From a virus (Duplodnaviria > Caudoviricetes): a stretch of 41,041 bases of DNA. Positions 18,677 to 27,878 of the stretch are shown in pieces (position 1 is the first letter of the stretch; the number at the start of each line of letters is the position of its first letter). Below the pieces are notes generated by a model. It had not been told where the DNA came from and searched no databases. It was given only the letters and a program-made list of their open reading frames with translations. The DNA is taken from positions 1-41,041 of the IMG/VR virus record IMGVR_UViG_3300034128_000004, one strand, 5' to 3'. Both the position numbers and the translations under genes were made by a program.

Positions 18677-19036
18677 ATGGAACGGTTAATTTTAGGTTTG
18701 TTCGTGGTTGGGATTATTGTGACTGGGCTAATTGCAGGTGGCGCGGTTCTGGCGGGAGTTGGACAGGGAGACTCGTGGTCACCGCGTGAATATGTGGCAA
18801 GGCCGGGTGATTGCTTCGTACCTCCGCAAGGAGACCCATTGTACGATGAGCACTATGCAAAGAATGTGAACACGTATAACTGCAAAGCGTTGATTGATCA
18901 ATCCGAATCAAAGAACATTGATGCTGATACCCGTGCGGAAAATTGGCAAACCCAGCAAAGCCGATTGAGTACGGCGGCGCTGATTGCCCTTGGATTGGCA
19001 ATTGTCGGTTTCTTTGTGTACGTGGCGACAAGATGA
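18677..19036 (+). CDS. Two-TM membrane protein
   Basis: TAAGGAG RBS; N- and C-terminal TM helices. Confidence 0.65.
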   Translation: MERLILGLFVVGIIVTGLIAGGAVLAGVGQGDSWSPREYVARPGDCFVPPQGDPLYDEHYAKNVNTYNCKALIDQSESKNIDADTRAENWQTQQSRLSTAALIALGLAIVGFFVYVATR

Positions 19037-20019
19037 AAACTACACTCGGTTTGCTTTTCATTGGCTTGATTGCACTTTCATTTTTCATAGTGTATCGTGC
19101 AATGGGTGGTGCATCGCCTACCAATGTGCAAGCTGCAGCCATTCAGGAAGTTACTCAGTATGTCACTCCCACGTTCCGGCCCACTGAAACGCCCGTACCC
19201 ACATCAACTATTGGCTATGAGGCAACTATCTATGTTGCTCAGGCAACCGCTGACGAAGCGCGGCGAGTGAACGCACAAGCCACGGCACAACATGAAGCCA
19301 ACATACTGAGTATCTTGCAAATAACGTCTGAAGCCGAACGCCGATCACAGGAGATATTGAGCTGGACCGCACAAGCCGCGCCCACGGTGATTCCACTCAC
19401 CGCAACACAGCAAGCGGTTTACAACACGCAATCGGCACAAGGGCAAATGATGGTTGCAGCCATGATGACAGCGACAATGCAGGCACCTACTCAGTATGCG
19501 GCGATTATTCAGCTTCAGGACACGGCGAGATATTCACAGGCAAATAACATCATGAGGATCTTCGCTTTATCTGGATTCAGTCTCTTCCTTTGGGGATTGG
19601 CGGTGTTCCTTTTTCGATGGCAACCACCTGCACAGAAACCACCCGAGGAACCACAAATTGAAACAGTCGTACAGATGCGTAAAGACAATGGCGGCGGGAC
19701 GTTTCAACAGACGCGGCTTGTCGTGCCATGCGCGCCGGAACAGCTCACGGAACTGGCAGAAATGGCAGCCAACCAGGAAAAGAAATTCGGTATCAATCGG
19801 CTGGAAACTGGCAGTAGGACATTTCGCGGGCAAAGGTCCGTGTTGATAGCGGTGAGGGAATTCCTGCTTGGAAACGGATTTGTCATCTCCGATGGCAACG
19901 GCACGATCACACTGAACGCGGATGGTGAGGCGTTTCTTGCTGGGTGGTTTGATCACCACCAGTTGCCTACTGAGTACGAATTTGCCTCGGAAGAATCCCC
20001 TGAGGAGGTACAAGCATGA
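19033..20019 (+). CDS. Membrane protein with Thr/Pro/Ala/Gln-rich extracellular region
   Basis: Two TMs flanking TPTFRPTETPVPT / ATQQA-type low complexity. Confidence 0.7.
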   Translation: MKTTLGLLFIGLIALSFFIVYRAMGGASPTNVQAAAIQEVTQYVTPTFRPTETPVPTSTIGYEATIYVAQATADEARRVNAQATAQHEANILSILQITSEAERRSQEILSWTAQAAPTVIPLTATQQAVYNTQSAQGQMMVAAMMTATMQAPTQYAAIIQLQDTARYSQANNIMRIFALSGFSLFLWGLAVFLFRWQPPAQKPPEEPQIETVVQMRKDNGGGTFQQTRLVVPCAPEQLTELAEMAANQEKKFGINRLETGSRTFRGQRSVLIAVREFLLGNGFVISDGNGTITLNADGEAFLAGWFDHHQLPTEYEFASEESPEEVQA

Positions 20020-20201
20020 TTGGTCTATATTTGGTTATTACGGTTTTGATTATTTCTGTGGTGTTACTTCTGATTGCGGCGTTTTTGCCGAAGGCACGAC
20101 ACTGGAAATTCCGATCACCGATTCAGAAGATAGAGCCGAAAAAGAAACGTAAGGTTGCGCCGAAAAAGAAAAAGAAGTCGGTATGGATAAGGATTGCATA
20201 A
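20016..20201 (+). CDS. Small membrane protein with basic tail
   Basis: N-terminal TM, Lys-rich C-terminus. Confidence 0.55.
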   Translation: MIGLYLVITVLIISVVLLLIAAFLPKARHWKFRSPIQKIEPKKKRKVAPKKKKKSVWIRIA

Positions 20202-20211
20202 GCATGAACGG

Positions 20212-20334
20212 TGATATAATTCAAGCACCACAGTCATGCAAGGCACGTTTTTGTTTCTCTACAAAGAGCCGTCTATCTGTACGCGTGTCTCATGACTGTG
20301 GTAAGCATGAGAAACAACAGGTAGGCGGCTTTTT
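20212..20334 (+). promoter_or_regulatory. Extended -10 promoter and structured leader (attenuator/antisense-type)
   Basis: TGATATAAT 20212-20220; 18-bp stem 20263-20280 / 20317-20334 with 3 G-U pairs ending in a U-run. Confidence 0.55.
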
Positions 20335-20347
20335 GATTGGAGCAATT

Positions 20348-20863
20348 ATGAAAGTTTGTACGCGGTGCCATGAAGAAAAACCAGAGTCGGAATTTCACAA
20401 GGCGAAAAGGGAACCGGACGGGCTGAAATACTGGTGCAAGGAATGCGCGCTCTCTTATAGTTCTGAGTATCGTAAGAAGAATTATGTACCTGTTCTTCGT
20501 AAAAGAAAAGTAAAAAAAACAAGTCATTTCTTTTGGACACACGAGATTAGACATCAGGAAAGGGCGAAATGCAAGCCTGTTGAGGGAGGTAGTGATTATG
20601 CTCTTCGTAGAAGGTATGGAATAACTTTACAAGAATACAGAGAAATATTAGAGAAGCAAAACGGAGTTTGCGCGGTTTGCGGCAATGGGCCGGGAAAGAG
20701 AAGGCTGCATGTTGATCATTGTCACAAAACTGGAAAGATTAGAGCGTTGCTTTGCACTAACTGTAACTCAGCTCTTGGGGCGGCAAGAGATGACATAAAT
20801 CGTCTTTATAAATTAATTCAATATTTGGAAAAACATGAAATTACCCTCCCCTCCCCTGCTTAA
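20348..20863 (+). CDS. Endonuclease VII-family (HNH-like) protein
   Basis: YGITLQEY...QNGVCAVC...LHVDHCHKTGKIRALLCTNCNSALG; N-terminal KVCTRC zinc finger. Confidence 0.88.
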   Translation: MKVCTRCHEEKPESEFHKAKREPDGLKYWCKECALSYSSEYRKKNYVPVLRKRKVKKTSHFFWTHEIRHQERAKCKPVEGGSDYALRRRYGITLQEYREILEKQNGVCAVCGNGPGKRRLHVDHCHKTGKIRALLCTNCNSALGAARDDINRLYKLIQYLEKHEITLPSPA

Positions 20864-20977
20864 CATAGTCATGAATCCCATGCGCATGGCCCCTTTTACC
20901 ATGTTTTCGCCTATGTTTCGCGGAGGAGGTGGTTTTAGGGGAGTGGTTGTTACACGCACACACGAAAGGAATATAAA

Positions 20978-21409
20978 ATGTTAGACAACTTGCGAAACAG
21001 TATCGACGCGATGAAAAACAGATTGATTGCCACGTACCCGGAACGATTCCGCGGCTATGGATTATCCAACGGCAAAGGACAGCGAATGACCGAGATTAGA
21101 ACTAATGCACAGTGGGCGATGATCGAAGAACAGGAACAGGTGAGACAGGCGGTTGTCACACGCGCGCGGGCGATGATTGAGCAGGCGTACGCTCAATACG
21201 AAGCCGCCAAAGCGATGCACCAGGGGAACATCAAGACGCTCACTGAAATCACGCTGAACTGGTGCCCGGAACGTGTGCTGTCAACACATAAGGATTTTGG
21301 GAAACTGTGCGCGGCATTGAAGGATGAAAAGACCTGGCGCGCGCTGTCACGTAAGGAACGTAGATTCATCGCCGATGCGGTGACAAATCATAAGGAGAAA
21401 ACACAATGA
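20978..21409 (+). CDS. Hypothetical protein
   Basis: 143 aa, AAGGA RBS. Confidence 0.65.
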   Translation: MLDNLRNSIDAMKNRLIATYPERFRGYGLSNGKGQRMTEIRTNAQWAMIEEQEQVRQAVVTRARAMIEQAYAQYEAAKAMHQGNIKTLTEITLNWCPERVLSTHKDFGKLCAALKDEKTWRALSRKERRFIADAVTNHKEKTQ

Positions 21410-21672
21410 ACAAGCTACCGAAGGAAATTTATGTTGAGGAAGGACGGGAAGAGGATGGAGTATTTTTCATCAACCCGGAAGATTGCGCGCTGACTGATAA
21501 AACCGTCACGCTTGCCGTGTATAAGTTGGCAGGCAAAGTCGAGGTCTCCACACAGATCAAACAGGAGATTGTTGTCAAGAAATCGCCAAAGAAAGCCGCG
21601 GTGAAACCGAGTGAACCTGTCACCGAACCGATCACCAGTCCATTGATAGAACAAATGCGCGTGACAAGCTAG
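21406..21672 (+). CDS. Hypothetical protein
   Basis: 88 aa, AAGGAG RBS. Confidence 0.65.
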   Translation: MNKLPKEIYVEEGREEDGVFFINPEDCALTDKTVTLAVYKLAGKVEVSTQIKQEIVVKKSPKKAAVKPSEPVTEPITSPLIEQMRVTS

Positions 21673-21689
21673 AAGAACTGATACTCAGT

Positions 21690-21932
21690 ATGGATGCCTT
21701 CACCGTTGCGCCGATCCAAAAACTATCCCCACGGCAGATGCAAATTGCCGCGCTTTTGGTTGAAGGGAAGAATGCAAGACAGATAGCAACGATACTGAGT
21801 ATCGGTCCTGAAACCGTGAAAACGCACATCAGGAACGCATGTAGAAAACTGAACGTTAGTAACCGTGTGCAACTGATTGTGACGGTTGCACGATGGCAAG
21901 TGATAGAGGAGATGCAAAATGACAAAAGATGA
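21690..21932 (+). CDS. Stand-alone LuxR/GerE-type HTH regulator
   Basis: LSPRQMQIAALLVEGKNARQIATILSIGPETVKTHIRNACRKLNVSNR. Confidence 0.88.
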   Translation: MDAFTVAPIQKLSPRQMQIAALLVEGKNARQIATILSIGPETVKTHIRNACRKLNVSNRVQLIVTVARWQVIEEMQNDKR

Positions 21933-22119
21933 AATCATTAGAGCGTTAGCGGAAATGAAACCAGAGGCAGATAGCGGTTTTGGAGATGTGTATTGTTTCT
22001 TTTGCGGTGAATTGCTTGGTTACAGTAAAACCGATGGCAACACTACGGAACACAACTCTAAGTGTATTTGGTATCTTGCCAATGTGCTTATAGAATCGGG
22101 TGACGTGGGCGATGGATAA
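21919..22119 (+). CDS. Small Cys/His protein
   Basis: CFFC...HNSKC. Confidence 0.55.
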   Translation: MTKDEIIRALAEMKPEADSGFGDVYCFFCGELLGYSKTDGNTTEHNSKCIWYLANVLIESGDVGDG

Positions 22120-22131
22120 AGGAATTGCAGC

Positions 22132-22317
22132 ATGAAACCATCACAACTGATAGCATTCATCCAAGGTGAATTTGATTCCGGTAAGAAGTTAGTGGAGATT
22201 GAATCCGAGAATCCGACTAATCTTCGTAAGCGTTTATATAAACTAACGCGTGTCAGAGGATTGGATTGGGGCTTTGCAACGTTGAGTCACAGTGTCTTTG
22301 TATACGCGATGGTGTAA
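22132..22317 (+). CDS. Hypothetical protein
   Basis: 61 aa, AAGGA RBS. Confidence 0.5.
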   Translation: MKPSQLIAFIQGEFDSGKKLVEIESENPTNLRKRLYKLTRVRGLDWGFATLSHSVFVYAMV

Positions 22318-22404
22318 CCTTTTTGTAGGTACAACATACTAGGTTATGGGGATACCTAATTTAGGGGAACATCTGTAACATAGTGGGGAAAGGAAAAAAT
22401 CCCT

Positions 22405-22596
22405 ATGGCTACTGAACTGTTGAAACCCATTCTTGTAATCGTTGTTGCGTTTCTACTCCGTATGGTGCTCCTGGCAATCGGCGTGGAATTAGACGAAGCG
22501 GTATTCGCTTCCATCGTTGCCGGCATCGTGACCTGGCTCCTGGCTCTGTTGGGTGTGGAAGCTGCAAGGCGTGCCGCACCAAACACATTCAAGTAA
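22405..22596 (+). CDS. Holin-like two-TM protein
   Basis: 63 aa, two hydrophobic helices, basic C-terminus. Confidence 0.5.
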   Translation: MATELLKPILVIVVAFLLRMVLLAIGVELDEAVFASIVAGIVTWLLALLGVEAARRAAPNTFK

Positions 22597-22608
22597 TCTA
22601 CTCTGAAT

Positions 22609-22642
22609 GGGCCGGAAGATACACCTCCATATCTTCCGGCCC
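22609..22642. repeat. 13-bp perfect hairpin
   Basis: GGGCCGGAAGATA-cacctcca-TATCTTCCGGCCC. Confidence 0.7.
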
Positions 22643-22651
22643 GAGGCGTAA

Positions 22652-23245
22652 ATGATCATATCAAAAACAGATTACAAATTCACCCTCAACTCTCTAATCG
22701 AAACATTGGTACTCTTAGGCAACTGGCACAACATGGACAATCAGCATGGCGAACGGACCGCAATCATGTCACTGAAAATAGCCTCACGGATGGATAGTAA
22801 ATTGCAGGGTGAAGAACCAATGATCCTTGAATACGCGGCGCGGCTGCACGATCTAGGACGTGTGGGTATCGACGATGACATTATGCTCAAACCGGGCCCG
22901 CTGACAGATGCCGAGCGTGGTGCAATCGAAACCCATCCCGTGATTGGTTATAACTTTTTATGTCGCTCCAACCTTCCCAAGGAAATCACACTCACGATCC
23001 TACACCATCATGAGAATTGGGACGGGAGCGGGTATCCTAAAAAGTTGAAGGGTGGAGATATTCCTTTGTTTGCTCGTATCGTTCACATTGCAGATATTTG
23101 GGACGCACTGACAGCGGACCGGCCGTATCGAAAGGCGATGGTTTTTGAAGCGGCGCTCAACACCATGAATGTAAACGCGGGTTATTTTGATCCTGAGCTT
23201 TATACAATCTTTTTGGAAGTTATCAAGGAAGAAGACAGGAAGTAG
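22652..23245 (+). CDS. HD-GYP domain phosphodiesterase
   Basis: HGER, LHDLGR, HPVIG, HHHENWDGSGYP, IADIWDALTADRPYR. Confidence 0.92.
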   Translation: MIISKTDYKFTLNSLIETLVLLGNWHNMDNQHGERTAIMSLKIASRMDSKLQGEEPMILEYAARLHDLGRVGIDDDIMLKPGPLTDAERGAIETHPVIGYNFLCRSNLPKEITLTILHHHENWDGSGYPKKLKGGDIPLFARIVHIADIWDALTADRPYRKAMVFEAALNTMNVNAGYFDPELYTIFLEVIKEEDRK

Positions 23246-23802
23246 TGGAAACACCCGTCACATGGACTCAGCTTATTATCGCATGTATTTTTATTCTGGT
23301 AACTACGCTGGCTCCCCAAATTTACAGTATCTACAATCGCAAGTTAGAAGCTCAGGAGAAAAAGCGCAACGAAGATAACGAAATAAAAAAGTCAGTATTT
23401 GAAGCTGAACAAAAACAGGACGATAAAGTTTGGGACCGGGTTGTTACTGAGTATGAACGGGCCATTGAACGTGGGCACCGATTGGAACAGGAGAACGAAC
23501 AGCTTAGGCCCCTGGCGCTAAAGAACGCCGTATTGGAACAGAAACTTTCTCAAAGCGTTGAGGATAAGGAAGATTGGAAGTCTCACGCGTTGCGGCTCGA
23601 AGAACAGCTAAAAGGTGTCAATGTTATTCCTGAACCTTTCCGGCGCGGCACTCACGAAAACACACAGGAAAATTTGAAAACAGTAAGCAGGAAAATGAAA
23701 GCAGTCAAACAAGAGTTTGAAACCAATAACCCGGAAACGCGCGCGACGGATGGTACGCCGACTCTTATCTTTCCTGTGGTGAAGAGAGATTCGGAACAAT
23801 AA
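23245..23802 (+). CDS. Membrane-anchored coiled-coil protein
   Basis: N-terminal TM followed by a charged coiled coil. Confidence 0.65.
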   Translation: METPVTWTQLIIACIFILVTTLAPQIYSIYNRKLEAQEKKRNEDNEIKKSVFEAEQKQDDKVWDRVVTEYERAIERGHRLEQENEQLRPLALKNAVLEQKLSQSVEDKEDWKSHALRLEEQLKGVNVIPEPFRRGTHENTQENLKTVSRKMKAVKQEFETNNPETRATDGTPTLIFPVVKRDSEQ

Positions 23803-25454
23803 TGGCGAAAAAGATACACCCGAATTCACTTAAGAATTTGCGCCCCGGTCCGGGGTTTCAACCGGGGCATCAATATAGAACTATGGCGGAGCAACGGCGA
23901 TCGCGCATTCAGCAACTTTGCATGATGCAATCGAAGCAACTGCAAAACCTGAAAGGGCATACGATTTACGATGAAATGATAATCAGGATGCTAGAAAGCG
24001 CGCATCCGAGGGACCATGAGTTGATCATGAAAGCTGATGCGCCGGGTTTGCTTCGTGATGAGATAGAAATAAATCAGGGCAGGAGTGAAGTATCTGCCTT
24101 TGTTGTTCCCGCAGACAAAATAGCCCCATCGTTTGCGAGTGTTTATAGGGACATTGTTCAAAAGAACCATACTGAGTATGTATTCAAGGGTGGGCGCGGT
24201 TCGGCAAAGTCTAGCTTTATTTCAGAAGTATTCATCTATCTTTTGGTAAATAATCCAAACGTTCACGGACTTGCACTTAGGCAGGTTGCGGATACGCTCA
24301 GGGATTCGGTTTATGCTCAATTGCAGTGGGCAATAGGTCTTTTAGGTTTATCGGATAGCTTCAAGTGTACTGTTTCACCAATGGAGATTGAATATCTCCC
24401 CACGGGACAAAAGATATTCTTCCGCGGTGCTGATGATCCCGGCAAGATCAAATCCATTACGCCGACATTTGGGTATATTGGCATTGTCTGGTTTGAGGAA
24501 TTAGACCAATTCCACGGGCAAAACTCAATACGAACAGTAGAGCAATCCATCCGCGGCGGTGATGATATTTATTACTTCAAGAGCTTCAACCCGCCGCCAA
24601 CGAAAGGCAATTGGGCAAATAAGTATTTGGAGATCCCGAAAGCGAATCAATATCAGCATCACAGTAACTACCTGGGCTTACCTCAGACGTATTTGGAGGA
24701 TGAAGAATTACGCAAGACCATCCCGCTTGAGGAGATGGTTCGCGCTTATGCAAGTCTCGCGGTGCCTGCTGAATGGTTGGGTAGAACTTGGCTAGATGAC
24801 GCGGAGCATTTGAAAAACACGAACCTGAAAGCCTATGAGAATGAATATCTGGGCATTGCCACTAATGACGGTGGAATGATATTTGACAATGTTGATATTC
24901 GACCAATCATGGATGAAGAAATAGCACAATTTGATAACGTGCTCCGCGGTTTGGATTGGGGATACTACCCTGACCCGGCGAGTTTTGGCGTAATGCACTT
25001 TGACGCGGCGCGAAGAACGCTCTATATTTTCGGTGAGGGTAGGTATTGGAAAAAGTCAAATGAGAGCTTATTCAGCACTTTGATTGAAGATGGATTGATA
25101 ACAAAAGAAGAGTATATAGAGAACAAAAAAACAATTACTTCTTATCCTGATTTGATCATTGCGGATTCAGCCGAACCAAAAAGCGTTGGCGATTTCAAAG
25201 CCTATGGTGCAAACTGCCGCGGTGCCGAAAAGGGACCGGAAAGCCGAAAGTATTCTTACAAGTGGCTTCAGGGATTGAAGGCAATTGTTATTGACAATAT
25301 ACGTGCCCCACATCACGCGGAAGAATTTCTGAATGCAGAATTTGAAAGAACAAAAGACGGTGAGATTATTTCGGAATATCCGACTGTGAACGATCACGCG
25401 ATTGATGATGTACGTTATGGGTGTAACAGGATTTGGAGGCGGCGAGGTGAGTAG
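23802..25454 (+). CDS. terL: Terminase large subunit (PBSX type) with N-terminal extension
   Basis: KGGRGSAKS, IVWFEE, SFNP, GLDWGYYPDP, IIADSAEPKS, NDHAIDDVRY. Confidence 0.95.
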   Translation: MAKKIHPNSLKNLRPGPGFQPGHQYRTMAEQRRSRIQQLCMMQSKQLQNLKGHTIYDEMIIRMLESAHPRDHELIMKADAPGLLRDEIEINQGRSEVSAFVVPADKIAPSFASVYRDIVQKNHTEYVFKGGRGSAKSSFISEVFIYLLVNNPNVHGLALRQVADTLRDSVYAQLQWAIGLLGLSDSFKCTVSPMEIEYLPTGQKIFFRGADDPGKIKSITPTFGYIGIVWFEELDQFHGQNSIRTVEQSIRGGDDIYYFKSFNPPPTKGNWANKYLEIPKANQYQHHSNYLGLPQTYLEDEELRKTIPLEEMVRAYASLAVPAEWLGRTWLDDAEHLKNTNLKAYENEYLGIATNDGGMIFDNVDIRPIMDEEIAQFDNVLRGLDWGYYPDPASFGVMHFDAARRTLYIFGEGRYWKKSNESLFSTLIEDGLITKEEYIENKKTITSYPDLIIADSAEPKSVGDFKAYGANCRGAEKGPESRKYSYKWLQGLKAIVIDNIRAPHHAEEFLNAEFERTKDGEIISEYPTVNDHAIDDVRYGCNRIWRRRGE

Positions 25455-25752
25455 ATATTTGCTTCTAATTGTCTTTATGCTTTGGATTGGTGAGATTGAT
25501 CATCACACGCAATCAGGCGTGGTTATCGAGAACGATGTCATCATTGCCAACAGCCTGCCCGAATGGGGCGAAGTGTGCATTGCCTCCCCCGTGCGTGGTG
25601 GTCCATCGGAGAAATATGGAGAACGATACTCAGTATCGGTTGGTCAAGTTGTCAGACTCCATGAGGCTTCAAAACCTTATGGAGATTGGGTAAGTATCGG
25701 CGCGGCACAATGGATGCCGCTGAAAAATATTTGTAGCTGGAACGGAGAATAG
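25447..25752 (+). CDS. Secreted/anchored SH3b-like protein
   Basis: Hydrophobic N-terminus; VRGGPSEKY...GQVV...DWVSI...QWM pattern; GTG start assumed. Confidence 0.45.
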   Translation: MSRYLLLIVFMLWIGEIDHHTQSGVVIENDVIIANSLPEWGEVCIASPVRGGPSEKYGERYSVSVGQVVRLHEASKPYGDWVSIGAAQWMPLKNICSWNGE

Positions 25753-25755
25753 AAC

Positions 25756-26163
25756 ATGACTTTACAATACTCAGTAGCAGTTAGGAATGCACAGTTGGAC
25801 GCGGTGGAATCCACCATCGGGACAAGCGCGGTCCTGAAAATTCGTTCAGGTGCAGCACCGGCGAACGTGGCAACGGCTGATAGTGGCACGGTGCTTGCAA
25901 CGTTATCACTCCCTTCCGATTGGATGGCCGCGGCGTCCGCGGGTGCCAAAGCCAAAACCGGCACATGGGAGGATACGAGTGCTGATGCCACAGGAACCGC
26001 GGCACACTTTCGGCTTTATGCCTCCGATGGTACAACCTGCCACGCGCAAGGAACCGTGACCGTCACGGGCGGCGGCGGCGATATGACCGTGGACAATGTG
26101 TCATTTGCCAGTGGACAGGCATTTACAGTCACCGGATTCACAATCACCGCGGGCAATGCGTAA
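25756..26163 (+). CDS. Putative virion structural protein
   Basis: 135 aa, Ala/Thr/Gly-rich; RNAQLDA...ATGTAAHFRL. Confidence 0.6.
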   Translation: MTLQYSVAVRNAQLDAVESTIGTSAVLKIRSGAAPANVATADSGTVLATLSLPSDWMAAASAGAKAKTGTWEDTSADATGTAAHFRLYASDGTTCHAQGTVTVTGGGGDMTVDNVSFASGQAFTVTGFTITAGNA

Positions 26164-26176
26164 GTAGGCTTGCACT

Positions 26177-27535
26177 ATGCCATTCCCTGATACGTCTGTA
26201 CTGGATAATTTCAACAGGTCCGAAAACCCGTTGTCAACGAATTGGAGCAACATACTAAACTCCAATCAATGCAATGGTTCTGCCGCGCTTGGAAACAATT
26301 CCAGTTACAGCGTGTCTATTTATGGAACAGACTTCACGGGCGCGCAAGAGGTATGGTGCGAAATCACAACCAAAGGTGGGACAGGACATGAATTAAGCCT
26401 CGGGTTGATGTCCAAAGATACCGGGAACATTGCAACTATTGACGGCTATTCCATCCATTTCACTGTTGCAACGGGAACCGATACGTGGAGTATAGATAGA
26501 GCTGACAACGGTGTTCCAACGGTGCTAGCCAGTGGCACCGCGGAACTTGTCAACGGTGACATTGTTGGATTGCGGCTTATGCCCAACGGCGATTTACAAG
26601 CCTTCCGCAACGGCTCACAAATCGGGAGCACGATCAACAGCACGACTTACACGGGCACAGGGAAGCTATCCCTCACGATTGAAAATACAACGTGGCGAAT
26701 AAACGCGTTCGGCGGTGGGTTGGTACCTTCCTATGGCGTTTTGTCGGTTACTCAGGCAGGAGATGCCCTAAGTGCAACAGGAACATTGCAGCTCACCGGC
26801 GCGGTGTCTGTTGCTCAGGATGACAACGCTTTATCAAGCACGGGTACGCTTATAAGCGAAATAGAAGGTACAGCCACACTCGCACAAGATGACAACAGCT
26901 TATCTTCAACATCGATACTCAGTATTGTTGGTTCACTCGCACAAACCCAAGCGGGTGATAGTTTATCTTCCGCGGGTGCGGTTTCTCTGGCCGGTGCATT
27001 GGCACAAACCCAAGAGAGTGACGGCGTTGTTGCATCTGGTGTTATTTCCATCACGGGTGAGCTGGCCGTCACTCAGGAAGGTGATTCTCTTACCGCCTCG
27101 GGAGCATTCGAAGATTCCCCCATTAGTGGCGAAGCGACAATCACCCAAGGTGATAATACGGTTTCATCCGCGGGCACGGTTGCGATTGCAGGAACGTTTG
27201 ATCAAACCCAAGGCGGTGATAGTCTTGTCGCTGAGGGTGTATCAGGAGCAATTACTTTCGGTGTTTTAGATGTCACGCAAGACGGAAATACAATCACCTC
27301 CGCGGGCATATTGCCGATCACGGGCACAACAGCAACAATACTGAGTAACAATACAATAATTGCCTCAGGTGCATTGGCATTGATGGGTGTATTGAACGTC
27401 ACACAGGCAAATAATACGCTATCCGCAACCAATATTGTCACTCCCGAGGATGTCACCAGTTTGCATTTATTCCCGCGAAGCACACAATTAACTTTATCTC
27501 CGCGAAGTGTTCAGCTCACGTTGGAGCAAGAATGA
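26177..27535 (+). CDS. Repeat-rich fibre-like protein with lectin-like N-terminal domain
   Basis: About 10 repeats of TQxx[DN]xLxxxG at roughly 21-24 aa spacing. Confidence 0.6.
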   Translation: MPFPDTSVLDNFNRSENPLSTNWSNILNSNQCNGSAALGNNSSYSVSIYGTDFTGAQEVWCEITTKGGTGHELSLGLMSKDTGNIATIDGYSIHFTVATGTDTWSIDRADNGVPTVLASGTAELVNGDIVGLRLMPNGDLQAFRNGSQIGSTINSTTYTGTGKLSLTIENTTWRINAFGGGLVPSYGVLSVTQAGDALSATGTLQLTGAVSVAQDDNALSSTGTLISEIEGTATLAQDDNSLSSTSILSIVGSLAQTQAGDSLSSAGAVSLAGALAQTQESDGVVASGVISITGELAVTQEGDSLTASGAFEDSPISGEATITQGDNTVSSAGTVAIAGTFDQTQGGDSLVAEGVSGAITFGVLDVTQDGNTITSAGILPITGTTATILSNNTIIASGALALMGVLNVTQANNTLSATNIVTPEDVTSLHLFPRSTQLTLSPRSVQLTLEQE

Positions 27536-27861
27536 CAATCAACAGAAGCATGAAGGAAAGCCCATTAGTACAGGGTAGGCATGAGATTATCACCTATCAA
27601 CTTACATCTACGCCTTGGGGAAGCGCTCCCACAGATATAAACGTTGTGGTGTATGACATCACAGGCGCGGGACACGCGAACGAATGGCAGGATGTAACTG
27701 CAATCGTGATGCCCGTGAATAGTCCAACAATCAACGGTGATGTGATTACTCTCTCGCCTTTGAGTTTGCTAGAAGATGGTCATCACTATAGATTGGAAGT
27801 CCATTTCACAAGCGGTGCAAATAGATTTGAGCCTCACTGCCTTATTTTTGGCGGTGAATAA
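27532..27861 (+). CDS. Hypothetical protein
   Basis: 109 aa, ATGA-coupled. Confidence 0.6.
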   Translation: MTINRSMKESPLVQGRHEIITYQLTSTPWGSAPTDINVVVYDITGAGHANEWQDVTAIVMPVNSPTINGDVITLSPLSLLEDGHHYRLEVHFTSGANRFEPHCLIFGGE

Positions 27862-27878
27862 CAAAAGGAGAATAAACA

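Noticed and set aside
17992-20469. One-mismatch motif variants (CACTCAGTA 17992, TTCTGAGTA 20461)
   Set aside because: Excluded from the count; single-mismatch 9-mers occur by chance at appreciable frequency
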